DNA from: Stylophora pistillata
Lineage: Eukaryota
Length of the DNA stretch: 64,000 nucleotides
Direction of reading: 5' to 3'
Assembly: GCF_002571385.2 (NCBI RefSeq)
Contig: NW_019217955.1
Location: forward strand, 181,384 to 245,383
The first letter of the stretch is position 1. The number at the start of each line of letters is the position of its first letter. Of this stretch, positions 26,990 through 41,341 are shown one piece after another. Made by a program: the position numbers and the translations under genes. The notes beneath the pieces are model-generated. The model was not told the origin of the DNA and searched no databases. It worked only from the letters and a program-made list of their open reading frames with translations.

Positions 26990-27838
26990 TGGTTCAATTA
27001 AGTACTACGGGTAGGATCGAGGCATTCGCTCCTCGCTCTAGTCGAAAGTCGTGAAGTCTCCGGTACCAGAGATGAGGTGAATAGTGATATCTCGGTCGTT
27101 GTGAGTTTACGAATGTTGACTGGGTAATTTGACACGAGCCACGATCTCTGCTTCCCGGCGTGGAGTTGCAAATGTCACTGTTGAATGAAGGGGGCATTGG
27201 GGCCTCTGGGAAACCGCAAAACCGAAGAAAAAAACTTCCAAAACCGAAAAACCGACGAAAAAAGGCAGCAAAACCGAAAACCGCGTGCAAACCTGACAAA
27301 ACCTCTACATTTTAACTTTTAAAGGGGTCAAAAAGGAAAAACCGAAAACCGCATCAGAGTTTTCGTGAAAACCGAAAACCGCATGCAAAAAGTCGTAAAA
27401 TCCGCAAACCGCTCTGAACATCAAAACCGAAAAACCGAAATCTTTTTGGCCCAAAAACCGAAAAACCGATCCAAAAAACAGTCAAAACCGCTAAACCGAA
27501 AATCCCAAAGCCCCCCTCTTGAATCCAAATCGCCTTGCATTGCACAATCTTTTAAGTATATCATAGTAAGCCCCTCTGCTATGCAGACAGTCAGCCTTTG
27601 CCGACAACAGCAACTACTAATTCTAGATGAACGAGTTCTCTCGTATACATGTGCAACGTATTCTAGAAAGTTCCAGAAACCTACAACAGAACTGTTCTTG
27701 TAGAATCCATTATAATTGAATAACCCAATAGAATGTTCTTGAAAGTTCCATGCCATGTCATCAGTAACGTCGATTATGCATGTCGCCCGGCGTTACAAAG
27801 CATTCTAGACGTTTCTAGAAATAATTAATTATTTAACA
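26990..27838 (-). mobile_element. Possible solo LTR, interrupted by a MITE
   Basis: Reads TGTTAAATAA...TTCTAGAA-rich...AACCA on the minus strand (TG...CA) and is absent at the homologous position of copy C; no clear TSD. Confidence 0.35.
27187..27518. mobile_element. MITE filled with AAAACCG repeats, 6-bp TSD
   Basis: TIRs GAAGGGGGCATTGGG / CCCAAAGCCCCCCTC; TTGAAT on both flanks (27181-27186 and 27519-27524). Confidence 0.8.
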
Positions 27839-30800
27839 GTCACTATCTACAACACAAGCCTCGTCTCAGATTCCTACAGATAAACCAGCAGCTGGGAACA
27901 ATTCAGTAAAAAGAACGTTTCAAGTGGCGGATTGAGGCAAAAATTGCCACTCTTAAGTGCACTAACATTTCTTATCACTTCATTAAGATTTACTAGGCAA
28001 AGATACAGTGTTTATTTTATTTTTTAGTTCTTGAAAGTTCCATGCCATGTCATCAGTAACAATCAGTATTCACAACTGTCAAACTTTCCTTTACGTTTGA
28101 ACATGCTTTGCCAGTTGCACCCATTGGTGATCGGCCTGTGATATCCAAAAAAATCCTTTACACCGTATTCACCAAGCTATCCAATGTCCTTGGGGTTTTA
28201 AAAAAATGTGTCGTATCAGTCAAATGGGTCTGGGTAACAAGGGCATGGATTTCGGAAAAGATTTCCAATTCTTACAGTGAGCCCCCCTCTCTCCTGCCCC
28301 ACTTCTCAGGTCTAGAGGAGCCAGTGCGGCTATGGTTATTATGACAGAATTACGTGTTGCTGAGGGACATGACTTAAAGCATGTAAGGCCTATGGTTAAC
28401 CTATAAAAATAACAGAAAATAAGCCTGCATGCCTCCTATTTTTAACATCTGTTCATTCACAAAGAAAAAAATATTGTGTTATATAGACATTTGAATTCTG
28501 TTTGTTTACATGCACAGTGCTTCAAATGTCAATCAACACTGTTATATATACCAACCGTCCTTAGGTAAACTTTAAATATATTTGGCTACAGGAGACCTCC
28601 ATCTGCTCCCATATATAGCACTTTGGTGTGCGTATTTACCTTTCCATCGCGATGAAACCGAGCATGCAATGCCAATGTCAAAAGACATCCAAAGCTGGGA
28701 CTGTTTCCCGACAAAATCCCTGAGCGGAAGACACCTGAAACCCATGATCTTAACGAGTAAAATTGTTTTCTCGATAAATAGGCGATTTGCTGCTATTCTG
28801 GGTCCCTTAATGTCTTCGTTGTACGTACAATTAAAACGATTAATTTAAGAACTGGTCTCTTGAGAAAGAAGTACATTTTGTTCTCTTCAAACCTCTACAT
28901 TGAGAGTTAGTGAAACAGAATAAAGTGTCTCTCTTAGGACCAATCAATAAGAAAGATATCAAGTTCAAATTTCAAGGGCGAAGGATACGCAAATACACTT
29001 ATTTCTAAATTATTCCCTCCACCCACCGCGTGACCAAAATAGATTCAATGTTTCCGTATTTCTCCGGTTATTCCCGTGCAGGAAAAGGCTCGCATGTTTC
29101 AAATGTTAGTGCTTATCAAGTTATTCATTTCAAGAGTTGAGTAAAATCAAAAACAAAAACAACTTTACTTTCACGAATACACTATTGTAACAGAAGCGAA
29201 AGTATTCCTACTTGACTTTGATGATAATTTCCGCTAAGGTTGCCAAAATGTCAGTCATTGTATCAGACTACACGATCAACTGCAACCCAAGATCACGAGC
29301 GAAATCTAAGCATGATAAAGACATTCTCAAATGCGTCTCGACCGGAAGTTTTAAGGGCAATGTTTCTGCCAATTTTGATTGATACTAATATTTTTTTCAA
29401 AATACGGTAGATGACGGTAATGACGTAGAGTCATTTTAATAATAAACGTTGAAACAAACTGATTTTTATCAGAATTGTTGTGATTAGTCATGAGGTACAG
29501 CCTCAACTTACTGACAAAAGCGGAATGTTTTTGAAAAAATACATCTCACTATACTAGTCATGTATCAGTGTGTGGTGGACATCAACGCTATTATAAGACA
29601 TTAAGACAAAAATGAAACTTGAACATATACCTATAACATTGCAGGAAAATTCAACGGTATTGAACTTAAACTAAGAAGCAAACATTTTTACGATTTCTTG
29701 ATGTCTGTATGAGTGTGTATGCATGTGTCTTTTTTCTGTTTGTATGTCTACCTTGCCATTATATACTTCGGCACGCACGCTCAGCGTGTTAGAATACCCA
29801 AGCTGACAGACTTGTGCCGCCCTCCGTACTGCTAATTGACTTTGGCAAAATTTAATTCAGTACTAGATTTTTTATCAAACTAAGGAAAGTTATGTGGGGT
29901 CAGAAAAAGTCAGACTTAAGGTCTGCTGATAAAACAGAACTGCGAGTTGAAGATACAAAAAAATCAGCCAGAGCTGTCAAATTAATTTAAGTTCTGCACT
30001 TTATGATTAAAATAAAAGATATACTACGAGGAAAATGAAGTATTTGGTGTAAAACAAAAATAGCGAGGGAAAAGGCTATTTGGATGTTATCCAGAACATC
30101 CTTCATTGTTGATAGAAAACCACCAGAAAATTTTAAATACTGGTAAGCAGCATAAACAGTGTTTCGTTCAGTTATGAAAACTTCTGATCTACAGAATTCA
30201 TCTCCTCAGAATCAGAGCGGGTACTCACAAGGAACGTTTATTAGCCAAGAGAAAGAAATGAACGGGGCAAACGAATATCCATAACAAGAGGGTATCTATC
30301 GATCGATAACATAACTTTAACTCTTAACATTTTAACTCTTAACTCGATGTCTCATGCTGTATCCATCACCTTGACTCGTGAGACGGTACCTCCTACCGGA
30401 CCTCAGCCGAAGTTCATATCAATCTCTGAAAAAGAGAACTGTTTTAATTCTATTTGAGACTGCAGATGAAGGTTATAATCCAACTAAATAAAGCACATCT
30501 CTTTTCTTCCAGTGAAACGTGAAGGAACTGAAATGTCGCGTGTGCGATCGAGTGAGTTGATAGTTGATAGCATGGTCTTAATCGCTTGGAGTAACCCTCT
30601 TGTTGTTTATCAGAGCCGGCATTTCAAGGATTTTTTTTTTTTTTTTTTTTTTTTTTGGCGTGGTTTAACGATTCCTCAAACAACGCAGCGGATGTGATGG
30701 TATTTGGCCTTGAACTTGAATTTTCGGTCATCTACAGAATTCGATAGGTTTAGACTCTTATCATTTACCGGTGCTGCGTTTTAACTGATTAACACCCCCA

Positions 30801-32324
30801 TAGGTAAGTAACACAGCAAATGCTATAGAAAAAAACAAAAATCACATTTATAAAAGACATTTTAGGTAAATATATATTGGGTTTTGTGGAGGGGATTAGG
30901 GGGGAGGGGGAAACCGGAGAACTCGTGAAAAAATCCCTTGTAGCAGGGAAAAGAACGAACAGCAAACTGAGCCTTCTATGAAAGCTGGGTTAAAAGCGTT
31001 GGGCAGCGTGTGTTCTGACCTTTACCCATGTTCCCCAAATCTGGATGACAAGAGAGGGAAAATAATGTTATGGGAAGGCGACTATCAATGTGATCTTTAG
31101 CATGAAAGTCTCACGATGGAGAGGAAATAAATGATAGAAAATCCGTGTTATTTTGCTGTTATGCAGTTTTAGTATTGTCTCGTCAATTGCTGTTTTTGGT
31201 TCACCTACAAAATGTAAATATTATGACCATGTACATGCTTGCCACAATTGCGATACATGTAGGCTTCGTAATTATAACACCACTAGTGATCAGGATTTTG
31301 AGACAACCCTCAACAATCCAAACTATATGAACCAAGCTCTATGATTTGTAGTCCAGAGTTGTGCGTGTGTAGAAGATTGGACTTGGCTGTTATTTCAAAG
31401 ACGTTCGTAAAAGGACAGTCACAACAAACGACTCCTAAATAAACAACATTCTCGAGGAGAATGTCCTCTTCCTATGGTTAGAAATCTTGGAAATTTCTGC
31501 CCATACAAAGTCGCACTCACCGGATGACAATTTGTCATTTCTAAGTCCTTTTCTGATCCTTTTTCCCTGTTAATGTCTCGTTTGCTGTGAAATATTAAGA
31601 AACCTTCATTTATTATGCATTTCTGGATACGTTAGTCACATATGTAGACTGTGAAGATATTTATGACTGAAACATTGCTACATCTTTTATTCCTTTTACA
31701 GAGAATCGCTACGTGTAGATGCAGACCAGAATTTGAAACTAACAAGGAGAAGGACTCTCCAAAAACAGCAAGAAAACTCTTACCCTTCGCAACGAATTTA
31801 CGATCACTGGATTTTTGCATTTGGCATAAAGTTTTTACCTACTTTTTCTCACAAATCAAAATGAAATAATCTTCAAAGTAGCTTTCATAAATAACGTTTT
31901 TGCCCTTTTTGTTTTCCAAATATACTTAAAGTAAAGGACATCCTTCCTAGAGACAACATATCTAATACCTGATTTGTTCATAAAGTAGGACCTTTATAGA
32001 GAGCCTAATTACCTCAACAGCCAAGCTTCCTTCAGGGCTGGGATTTTGGAAAGAAGACGCTCAGCACAAAGAGGACAACCTTTCTTCAACTGTCATATTT
32101 GGCCGTTTTCCAAAGATGATGTGCTTTGTTGGACACATTATCCAAGATATTATTCATTTTGGAATCGGCAAATCCATGATCTTATGTTACCGATAGGAAT
32201 CTCAATGCGCAAAAGACGGCTCTGTGAATGTCACCGACAAGTATGTACATAATGCGTAGGACGAAACAATTCTCCAAATATTTGCGAAATAAACCTAATA
32301 TCAACACATAATGTGCGCAAAGAG

Positions 32325-33908
32325 CACAGTCATAGTGTTTTAGGTATCCCCGTACCTAAATCAATAGTGTTTTTGGTATCCCCTGTAGGGATATCCGACA
32401 CATTAAATGTCAGCTGAACAGCAGACAAGGTGCAATTAACATGGCGTCCTATGTTGAATTGTCGTGGACTTATAAAATTGCTCGCCGAAATCACAGGGAT
32501 TGCTGATTCAGGATGGTCTTTAGGGGAGGAAAGCTTTAAAATGTCTCGAAGAGTAGTGAAAGAGAGCGATCTGTCTGCAGAATCGGGCTAGTTGTGATTC
32601 GCTCGTAATAAAAGTTAAGATGTTTCAAACGATACAAGGAGGCTTTTTTTCGTCTTTTTACAACGTATGAGGACTTCAAGCGAATAGATTTTCCAAAGAA
32701 CCGGGATGGAACACCACATCAATAGGGATTAGCGTAGCTTAGTGAATATAAGACGTAAGGTAGGCAAGAAATAACCTCTTTTATTCTGTTTCAATGTATT
32801 TCATGTACAATTGCGTTTTAAAATGTTAATAACAACGAAAGAATAATTTGCAGTAGGTGTTAAAATCATTAGAAATACAGTATACATTAAGTTACGCTAT
32901 TCCAGTAACGCTTGAGGAGTTACCCATGGTCCAGTTGTTCGAAGGCCGATTAGCACTAACCCAGGTTTACATTTTAATCCACGTTTCCTTAATTCTCTAT
33001 TCAAGAGTCTTTTTGGGAAAATTATCCTTACTTTTTTTAGAGCATCTAATCACAAGATTGTAGACAAAAATAATTATACTGAATTTTCTTTTGAAGCTTT
33101 CAGATCTGAAATCAAATTTCACACTAATCCTGGGTTATCTTAACCCACCTTTGAACACCCCGACCATGGGTCCATATCAGTAGGGATTTGTGTATCCCTA
33201 TTTTTTCAAGCTCAGGGTTGACTAGCATCAATTCTATTCCTGCGACTTGCATTATGACTGTTTGGGTTTAAAAGTAAAGTTTTGTGACACATCGCAAAAA
33301 TTAGCCTGAAGGATCGAGAAGAACATGGAGCAAACCTATCTAGCAAGTAAAAACTCTTTAAGGACAAAGGAGCAGAAGCCTTAAAGTAGACCATTATCCA
33401 TTCAGCAATTTCATTCTTTATTAACATATTACAAGCAATTGATTCATTTATTTTTCCCCAAAATATTGAAATTGACGGACTTTTAGAGTGGAAGCTCTGT
33501 TTCCTATTAAAAAATATTAAGATTCAGATTACATCTCTGTTTAGTGATTTCACTATATGCCTTCGACTGTGCGGCTTTTCATGCCAGTGAATGTGAGCAT
33601 AAGAAACTGAGTACAATTAAATGAATGAAATGAAAGATAAAAATAACATTGTTGAACAGCATGTAGTATGTGACAAGGACCAACTAAAAAATAGCCCTCT
33701 ATTTCTTAAAACATATTCACGACAATTCATGGAGACTCTGTGGGAATTGTATCTGTCCTACCAATTTAATTCAGTGGTATAATATGCAAATTATCCTGTA
33801 CTTGAAATCACTGCATTAGCGTCAAGATATCAAAGAGGATACCAAAACACAAGGGATTTGGGAACGGGGTACCCAAAACACGGGGATACCCAGAACGCTG
33901 TGACAGCG
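32325..33908. mobile_element. Non-autonomous DNA transposon of about 1.6 kb (CACTA-like ends) containing a nested Harbinger-like MITE at about 32929-33166
   Basis: Imperfect TIRs CACAGTCATAGTGTTTTAGGTATCCCCGT / ACGGGGATACCCAGAACGCTGTGACAGCG with subterminal GGTATCCCC repeats; inner element GGTCCAGTTGTTCGAAG...TTGAACACCCCGACC. Confidence 0.6.
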
Positions 33909-34039
33909 CACATTTTAATTGTTCCCTTTTTTTATATCAGCCTAAACCTGAGTCAGGGCATGACACGGGTGTTAATCAGAAGGCATAGCACTCTCTGCTT
34001 CCCTTGAAAAATTACAGTTTAGGCGGTCAAAAATATTAC

Positions 34040-36620
34040 ATAAATCAACAACAGAATGTAGTTGGCATTGTAGTGAGACAAAAAAGCCCTCACACTTAAG
34101 AGGCTACCAGAATCGAGAAAAAGTTATTAAAAACGAGGATTACGAATAACGGCGAGGAAGCTTTACAACGTTAAGCAATGCAGCTTATCGATCTGCCGTA
34201 GTCATAAGTATCGCATACACTGCGAGTGCAATTGGGACCGAGCCCCCACGGTATTACAACCCTATCACTATACTGAGGCGTTAGAAGAGTGGTCAGGAGG
34301 GATATTTATTAAGCTGAAATTGGCTGGGTGATGAAGAATTTGTTCGGTTGTGTCTACCAAGAAAGCTGCCACTATCTTTGAACACATACTACAGCAATAC
34401 ACTCGGGGCTTGAGTTGATCATGCCCCGAGCAGCCTGTCAGTTGCTGCAGCCTTTTACTCGGTTCACTAAGGATACCATTGTTATGATATACTCTCTTTG
34501 ACTATTTCGATGTTGTATACGCTCCTGTGGCATTCTACCTCGCGAGTGGTGTCGATATGATGTATCTACCTGAGATCGAAGAGCATATGTTGGATGAAGG
34601 AAAATTAGTTCACAGCTGATTTTCCAGTGTCTGCTGAGCGAAGAAATTTATCCAGACGACTTACCGCGACTAGGTACTTCGAAATAGCTGATTTAGTATT
34701 TGGTATTGAAAGATAGTTGATTCCTTAGGCAGAACTTTCATCGGAACGAAAAAGAAATAATACTGTTGACCTTCTGTACTGTATGATTCTTAACTATTAA
34801 ACTCCCAAGATCTGAGTGTAAATTCTCCCCTCTAGCTGCTGCACATTTCTTTGTAAATTGGTTACGATAATTTAGTGTTAGATCCAGGTAATGGCTTTTA
34901 CCTGATAAGTTTGAATACTCTCATGACTTGTTTGCTAAAAAATGTATGGGTATTATAGGATGAAGTTGGAGGTTAATCACTTTGAGAATTTAGAGGGTTA
35001 CGAACGTAAAAGATACAAACCATGTACCTCGGGAGGAAAGCTGCTCGACATCAATAAGAGCAGGGCGGCCTCTCGTAAAGAGATCGTCTTATTTTCAGGT
35101 TCTTTTAAAGAAGGTATTTGAAAGAAATTGACTTGGTCTACTCCTGCCAATGGGATTAGATTTTAGATTAAAGATTCTTCCACCTCAGTTGATAACCAAA
35201 CTGACAAACCCGCACAGTAGTAATTCTAAATCTTAACTTGAATGGAATGACTGCCAAAAGGACAATTAGCAGCATGATTGATCACACTTCAGAGTTTTGT
35301 TTGCCGCCAAAACAAAAGGGTTTCAGAGCCTATCAGTTCAGTCGCTTATATTTACATGCTCAAGGCTTCTTGGGCTAAAAAAGAAGGAGTGAAGTTGTTT
35401 CGTTTGTTTCGTCTTACCTGAAAAGTGATTTATGCGAAAGGAACTTCTTATGAAGCTTGCGTGGTTCTCAGTAATGATTTCGGTTAGAATTATGAATGAT
35501 TATCCAATGAATCGTCTCCATGAATTCTCCCAAGGCCGGCTTCTCTTCATCTTTTCCTCTCTATGGCGCCAGAAGGTAATAAGTCACTGTTTCAAGCAAA
35601 CCTCCCATGATTAACGGTGGCGTGAAGATGGCGTGACGTTTTGAGCTCTGAAGTATATAACGCTCCTTCACGCTCACATGTAATTCATAAATATTACAAT
35701 CTTTTTCACAATGCGTCTTCTAATACCTTCGTTGTGCTATGACGCAGATCCCTCAACAATTAATCCCTCGTTTCCCTCGACTCAGCCTCGAGTTGGGTTA
35801 GGGACTGACGGTTAATTGTTTATTATTCAGTTCTCTCTTACCTTAGAACAGCAGCAAAATTTTTAATGCAGAAATGCCGCGGACATAGAAGCCTGTGCAG
35901 AAAAGCAAAAATGCTAAACGGACCTTACAGTCACTGCAGTACTATCCTTTTGGTTACGGTTCCCACATTTGAGAGTGATGTTTATAATGAGTTTACAATG
36001 AGAGAGCAAAGGTTTGTTATACATGTAGCTTATGAAGAAATATCCTATCCATGACCCATATTTGGTTTCAAAGTGTTAAAGGAGCATTAAACAAAATGAC
36101 CTAATTAAAATCGAGGGGAGCCTTATATTTCCTTGAAACGCCTTCCTCACTGGTAAAAATGGTTTTTCGAAAGTTTATTCTGCAGTAGCTCAGAGGCGCT
36201 GATAGTGATAAAGTGGCAATAAGTATAATAATAAATTTTAAAGGTGTACAATTGGCGACCCAATGTTTTGTGCTGCGACAAGTTCTATTTTGGCAACGAC
36301 AGACATTTCTCATTCTAGTAACGTAGTGAGTCGTGTTTTTAATGGATCACCAATGCCAGTAATGAGTACACGCCGATCAAGCCGCCACACATCATCATAA
36401 GGAATTAAAAGGACTTTCACGAGAGGGCGCTGTAGTTGTGTTATAATGTATTTAATGGAGTTTCTTCCACTCTGATATAGGATCATACAGCCTTTTAGCT
36501 ATCGAAGGAAGTTTCTCTCACGTTCATTGCAGGCTCTCCGTTCAAGACATCACTGAAACGTTGCTGGCACATCAGCCAAGTTGAATCGACATGACTGCCG
36601 TAATGACATAATAACATAAA
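34040..36620 (-). pseudogene. Copy B of the triplicated decayed unit (5' part missing)
   Basis: 34050-34445 matches 47185-47585; 34480-34760 matches 20290-20540; 35160-36620 matches 49600-51100. Confidence 0.55.
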
Positions 36621-39459
36621 CAACTACATAAACAACTACAACAGCAACTGCACCTTCAACTGCGACCCAAGTTGACCACCGATTACAAGACAGGCCTAAA
36701 CGTGATAAAAAGACATTCGCAAATGCGTCCAAACAGGACATTTCATGGGCTTTTTTATTACATTCAAAACACTGCAGATAACGGGTAATGACGTACAGCC
36801 ATTTTGATAAAAACTTCAATTGAGAAAGATCAACTTTTCTCAGACTTATTATGATAAGTCATAGGGGACTGACATAACTTGCAACAAAATTCGACTGTTT
36901 TAGAAAAATAAATCTCACTGTACTTATCTGCGCACAATTTTAAAACGGAGAATAAGAGGTAACATACAGAATTCGTAAAAATTAGCTTTTCACTTAAATA
37001 TTTTTCATTATTAGGTATTAGGTATTTTTATTCTCTTCTAGGCGTCTCCCTTTTCGCGAAATTCGCCCGCACTGAAATAGTAATTTAGCGTGTTGGGTAA
37101 TAAATCTCTTATTAAAAGTTCTGTTGTGAAGTATCGCTGACTATTTTTTCTCAGCTCGTGAGCGAGCGGTATTATATAAATCCTGCGATCTGATTGGTTC
37201 CGAAAGCGTACAGTATTCTCCTACCCGGCTTGCTCACAGCGGGCGGTTCCGTTCCGCTTTGAGTCACTTTGCAGAACATCTCTTGAACTTCGTTGTAATT
37301 TTTCACAAATTTTCCGCCGGCTGGGCAGAATTTTTAGGTAAAGACCTCGCTCACAACTTTTTGGCGATAAATAACATTAATTCTCTTTGCTCTCTCTCTC
37401 TCTCTCTCAGTCCCTTTGGTTTTTCCGAAAAAATTGATTCCGAAATAAATTTTGTGGTACTAAATTTGCCTTTAAAGGGATTGAAATGCGGCCTAAAAAC
37501 AAGTTTTTATTTACTAATCCTTCACAAAAAGTAACTCCGAAAGTTAAAACGAGAGGCAGTTGCAGTTAAAAATTACGTTAATCAATGTGACTCTCACACA
37601 TTAATACCTGAATTCTTCAACACAGTTTGTTCGTTTGTCAAACGTTGAGCGACGTTTTGAGTTTTTTTTAGCCTATAAATACACTTTCGCCTAGTCTTTA
37701 CAAGTCTCTTGAATTTGGACATTTCTACCATAGATTTCACAACAGAAACCGAAGGAATTCGATAAATAAAAGTCGCATTAAATCCCCTTGTGTCTAGCTG
37801 GAAAGAGTCTCACTGACTTCAGTTTTTCGGTGGAAGAAAGACAGATTTGCATACTCTATTGCAGAAAACAAACAAGCAGACTGACAACTCCAAAACACAC
37901 ATTTGCATTCACTTACAATTTGACTTTCCGTGACTTTCTAAAAGGGAACAGAGGTAAATCTTCAAAGATTAATCGTCGTTGGAAGTAAACAATACTTTCC
38001 CTAAGATCTCTGTTTAGAAGGACTGGGAACTAGTTTGACCATGAGGTCAGATGACCGCCATGTTGTTTTGTCTTACTGATGTAGCTTGTTATTTTCGTTA
38101 AATTAAATGAGTTAAATTTGTGAAGAATTGTTTTGTTTCGGACCAGGAACTCGTTTAGAAGAACAATCTCTGAGTGTTTCTTTTTACGAGAAGATCGTTG
38201 CACATGGTCATTTAACTCGTTTGTGTTTGTCATACCAGTACTGTTGTTTATTCAAAAGCGTACATGCGCCTTTTTCCTCTTCAATTGACAGATGTCACAT
38301 CGTGACAGTACGTTACCAAAAAATGTTTTAGAGTTTGCAAGGGAGCCCTTTACAGCTACTTTTACAAATAAAAATGTCTCAGTGAAAGCTTTCTCTTTAA
38401 TTTTAATAACGTCCGTTTTCTTTATCATCCACTCGCTAAAAAATTGATAAGTTCATTGAGGATTTACCTGTAATTAGACCCGTATTTGTAGCCCTAAATG
38501 ATTCGGGTGCCTTCGGCAATCATTTTTTTATGTGTTAAAAAAAATATAAATACGTTTTTCACCAGCTGTAGTAAATCGCGGTTAAATTGAAAACCGTTTA
38601 TTCACTTTCGTTACACACTTACTCTTAACCGAAAAGAACTACTACTTTATATTAAATACATGTACACGCCATATATACACATACATTCTTCTCCACACGG
38701 GGGCATCACCATACACTACACCAGCATAGGTCGGTCCGTATTGGGAAATATTGCCCTCTGTCTTGAGTACCTCGGGCGGTATCTAAGACCTTGTGCACAG
38801 TTTTTCCTAATACGGACCTCCCGTTTGGTGAATGACATATATGTATTTTTACTCTTTGTTTGTACAACGAGTAAAAATACTCAACATACTCGTAAAAATA
38901 CACAACAAAACGTTTAATAAGATATGTGTATTTTCCATGTCAAATTAGAACATGCGTTGCTTTACATTGGAGGAACAATCTAAATACATTTGCAAGAAAG
39001 AGTCGCAAAGCATGATAGGATAAGCTTGTCATCCTCCTTTCCAAGTATCTGTTGAAAGTGAGGAAAAACTGACGCCATGCTAAGCCACTTGAGCATCCTG
39101 TTTGCCTGGCAACAGTTTTCCCTTTGTTATTGAAGCTGTAGCTCTTTACAAAACAGAATTTGAACTGTATTATGTCAAGAGTTCTCAGGGTTTTGGAGCC
39201 CAGGCCGCAAAACCGCCCATGCAGCTTCGAGCCTCGCGCTGTTTAAAGCCGCTCGAGTTTTCATTATGCTTGCCAAATAAAACAGGATAAATAAGTGATG
39301 AAAAACTACAAGGCAACGAAATTTTTTGGACGAAAACGTCATTGAAGCGTAATTTCGTGACTGATCGAGACGAGACACCATCAATTTTTTTTGTGTGTGT
39401 TATTATCTCTCATATTGATAGAATAAACGTCCCAGAAATGGAATGCTGGATACCCAGAA

Positions 39460-40112
39460 ATGGAATGCTCCCATTTCTGGGTATCCAGTTGCTGAATCAA
39501 TCGCCACAAATAGAGACAAAAGTGCATGTAAAACCCACCAATTCAAGTCTACTCTTACACTATCAGAGTAATGTCGAAAAACGCTACAAAAAAGGTTTAC
39601 AAAGAACTATGCTTGATCGAGCACAACGTTTATCTTCATCTTGGACACATTTTGCAGACGAATGTGACCGTTTGAAATCAGTATTCTCACGGTTGAAGTA
39701 TCCCAAACATCTTGTTAATTCTACCATCAAAAGCTTCATGAACTCAAGATTTGCGACCAACGGCAGCCTTTATCACCATCTCAAGAGACAGACGACACGA
39801 TTCGAGCGGTTTTACCATTTAAAGACCAAATCTCAGCAGATATTGTGAGGAAACAACTTAAGAATCTAAGCCTAAAAGTACACACCACCATCCACCAATG
39901 GTACATCAGCAGTGTGTTGTTTACGGTTTTCAATATGACCTGTGTGATGCGGGTTATGTAGGTTACACACGCGCACATTTACATAATTGTGTAAAAGGAC
40001 GTTAACAACAATCCTCCGCCATTGCCAAACACTATAAGAACATGCACGGGACAATGCCCCAGGGCCTGCTAAAGCGTTTCGAAGTGCTTAAGAAATGTAG
40101 AAACAAACTTGA
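39460..40112 (+). mobile_element. Penelope-like element fragment (RT thumb plus GIY-YIG endonuclease), decayed
   Basis: LPFLG...TKVHVKPTNSSLLLHYQS...TMLDRA...ECDRLKSVFSRLKYP, then QQCVVYGFQYDLCDAGYVGYT...SAIAKH. Confidence 0.85.
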
Positions 40113-40496
40113 CCGCTCAGTGTACGTTTTATCGGTTTTGGTGTTCTTAGTTTTGGTGTTTGTAGAGTTTCCGTTTTTTAGCATTTGGTCGTCATTTTCG
40201 TCAAAATTGTATTTGGTAACAGAGGTGAAGAGTACGGACCACGTGCAGAAGCTGTTATGTGTTTCAATACTGACATCTCGCGCTCGAAGTGACAGGACTA
40301 AGCGAAGGCTTGACGTTCTATTTAAGAACGATTGTGGCCGCTTTATCAAAAACAGAATACAATGGCTGCTTTGTTAAAAACAAAAGATATCAAGAAACGG
40401 GCGAGTAATATTCCGCAATAAAGCAAATGATCATGAAAGAAGGTCGTGGAAAAGCGATTGCGTGACACTCGGTAAGTTCTTAGATGACATGTTATC

Positions 40497-40604
40497 ACAT
40501 ATCAGACGAAAATACACTTCGTTCGCAGTCTGCAGTCTGTATTTTGTACCACATATCAGACGAAAATACACTTCGTTCGCAGTCTGCAGTCTGTATTTTG
40601 TACC
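40497..40604. repeat. Perfect 54-bp direct tandem duplication
   Basis: CACATATCAGACGAAAATACACTTCGTTCGCAGTCTGCAGTCTGTATTTTGTAC x2. Confidence 0.9.
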
Positions 40605-40911
40605 AAGTCTGCATTTTGTACCCAGTCTGCTGTCCGAATTTTGTACTGGTATGTTATTTTAAGCGCAAGGATGTGGTGGAAATGAGGGAACTTCGAAAGA
40701 AACCTCCTCCTTTAGCAAGCAGGGGGTTAATTTTTACACAAGGCAAGCTGAAAGTCACTAACAACGTATTGATGTTTGAGTGACTTATTTTAGAGGTCCA
40801 CGATGTGAGAAGACTTTAAAGCATGCAAAGCCTGGACGATTATTTAAGGGATTCTTAAAAAAGTCCCTGTTATACGTTCTTAAAAGACTCAATCATTGCA
40901 TTTTGAGTTAT

Positions 40912-41090
40912 TTTATGTTAGTAATTGACCAAGTGTTCTTAGGTCAAGATTCCTGGATATTGGCTGAGTTCTTTTTTGGCGTTTTTGTGGACCTCGACTT
41001 CGTCTCGGTCCACGACTACGCAAGAAAAGAACGAGGCTGAAATCTAGCCAGCTTGAACAAACAAGCTTGGACAATAAAGGGTTAATTACA
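40912..41090. mobile_element. Palindromic MITE-like repeat
   Basis: Arms TTGACCAAG...TCAAGATTCCTGGATATTGGC and CTAGCCAGCTTGA...CTTGGACAA around a central GTGGACCTCGACTTCGTCTCGGTCCAC hairpin. Confidence 0.55.
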
Positions 41091-41341
41091 TATCAAAGAG
41101 ATTTTGCTTTAAAAGGGATATCAAGATTGACTTGTTTATTTCGAGAGGCGGGAGAGAATGGCAACCTCTTTTGAAGCACAAACCAACGAGGATCGTTTAC
41201 GTCTTCTTTGTTTTGACTGTCTTATGTCGCTTTTTACGACTTCATCGCCGATATTTTATACAATTTACGATATTTAATTTGCAAGTCCGCTCCACGCACT
41301 TTTTCCCTCGCTCGCTCAGTCCCGAGATGGCAAGATGGGCC

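Larger units (their letters stand above)
20280..28270 (-). pseudogene. Copy A of a triplicated, decayed long coding-like unit (possibly VLIG/GVIN1-like large GTPase), with later insertions
   Basis: Collinear similarity to 34480-36620 and 49370-53240, for example TAGCTATCGAAGGAAGT at about 25179, 36497 and 50976. Many stops and frameshifts; family assignment is weak. Confidence 0.5.

Noticed and set aside
26994-27756. K/R-rich and F/G-rich ORFs
   Set aside because: Translations of the AAAACCG MITE interior
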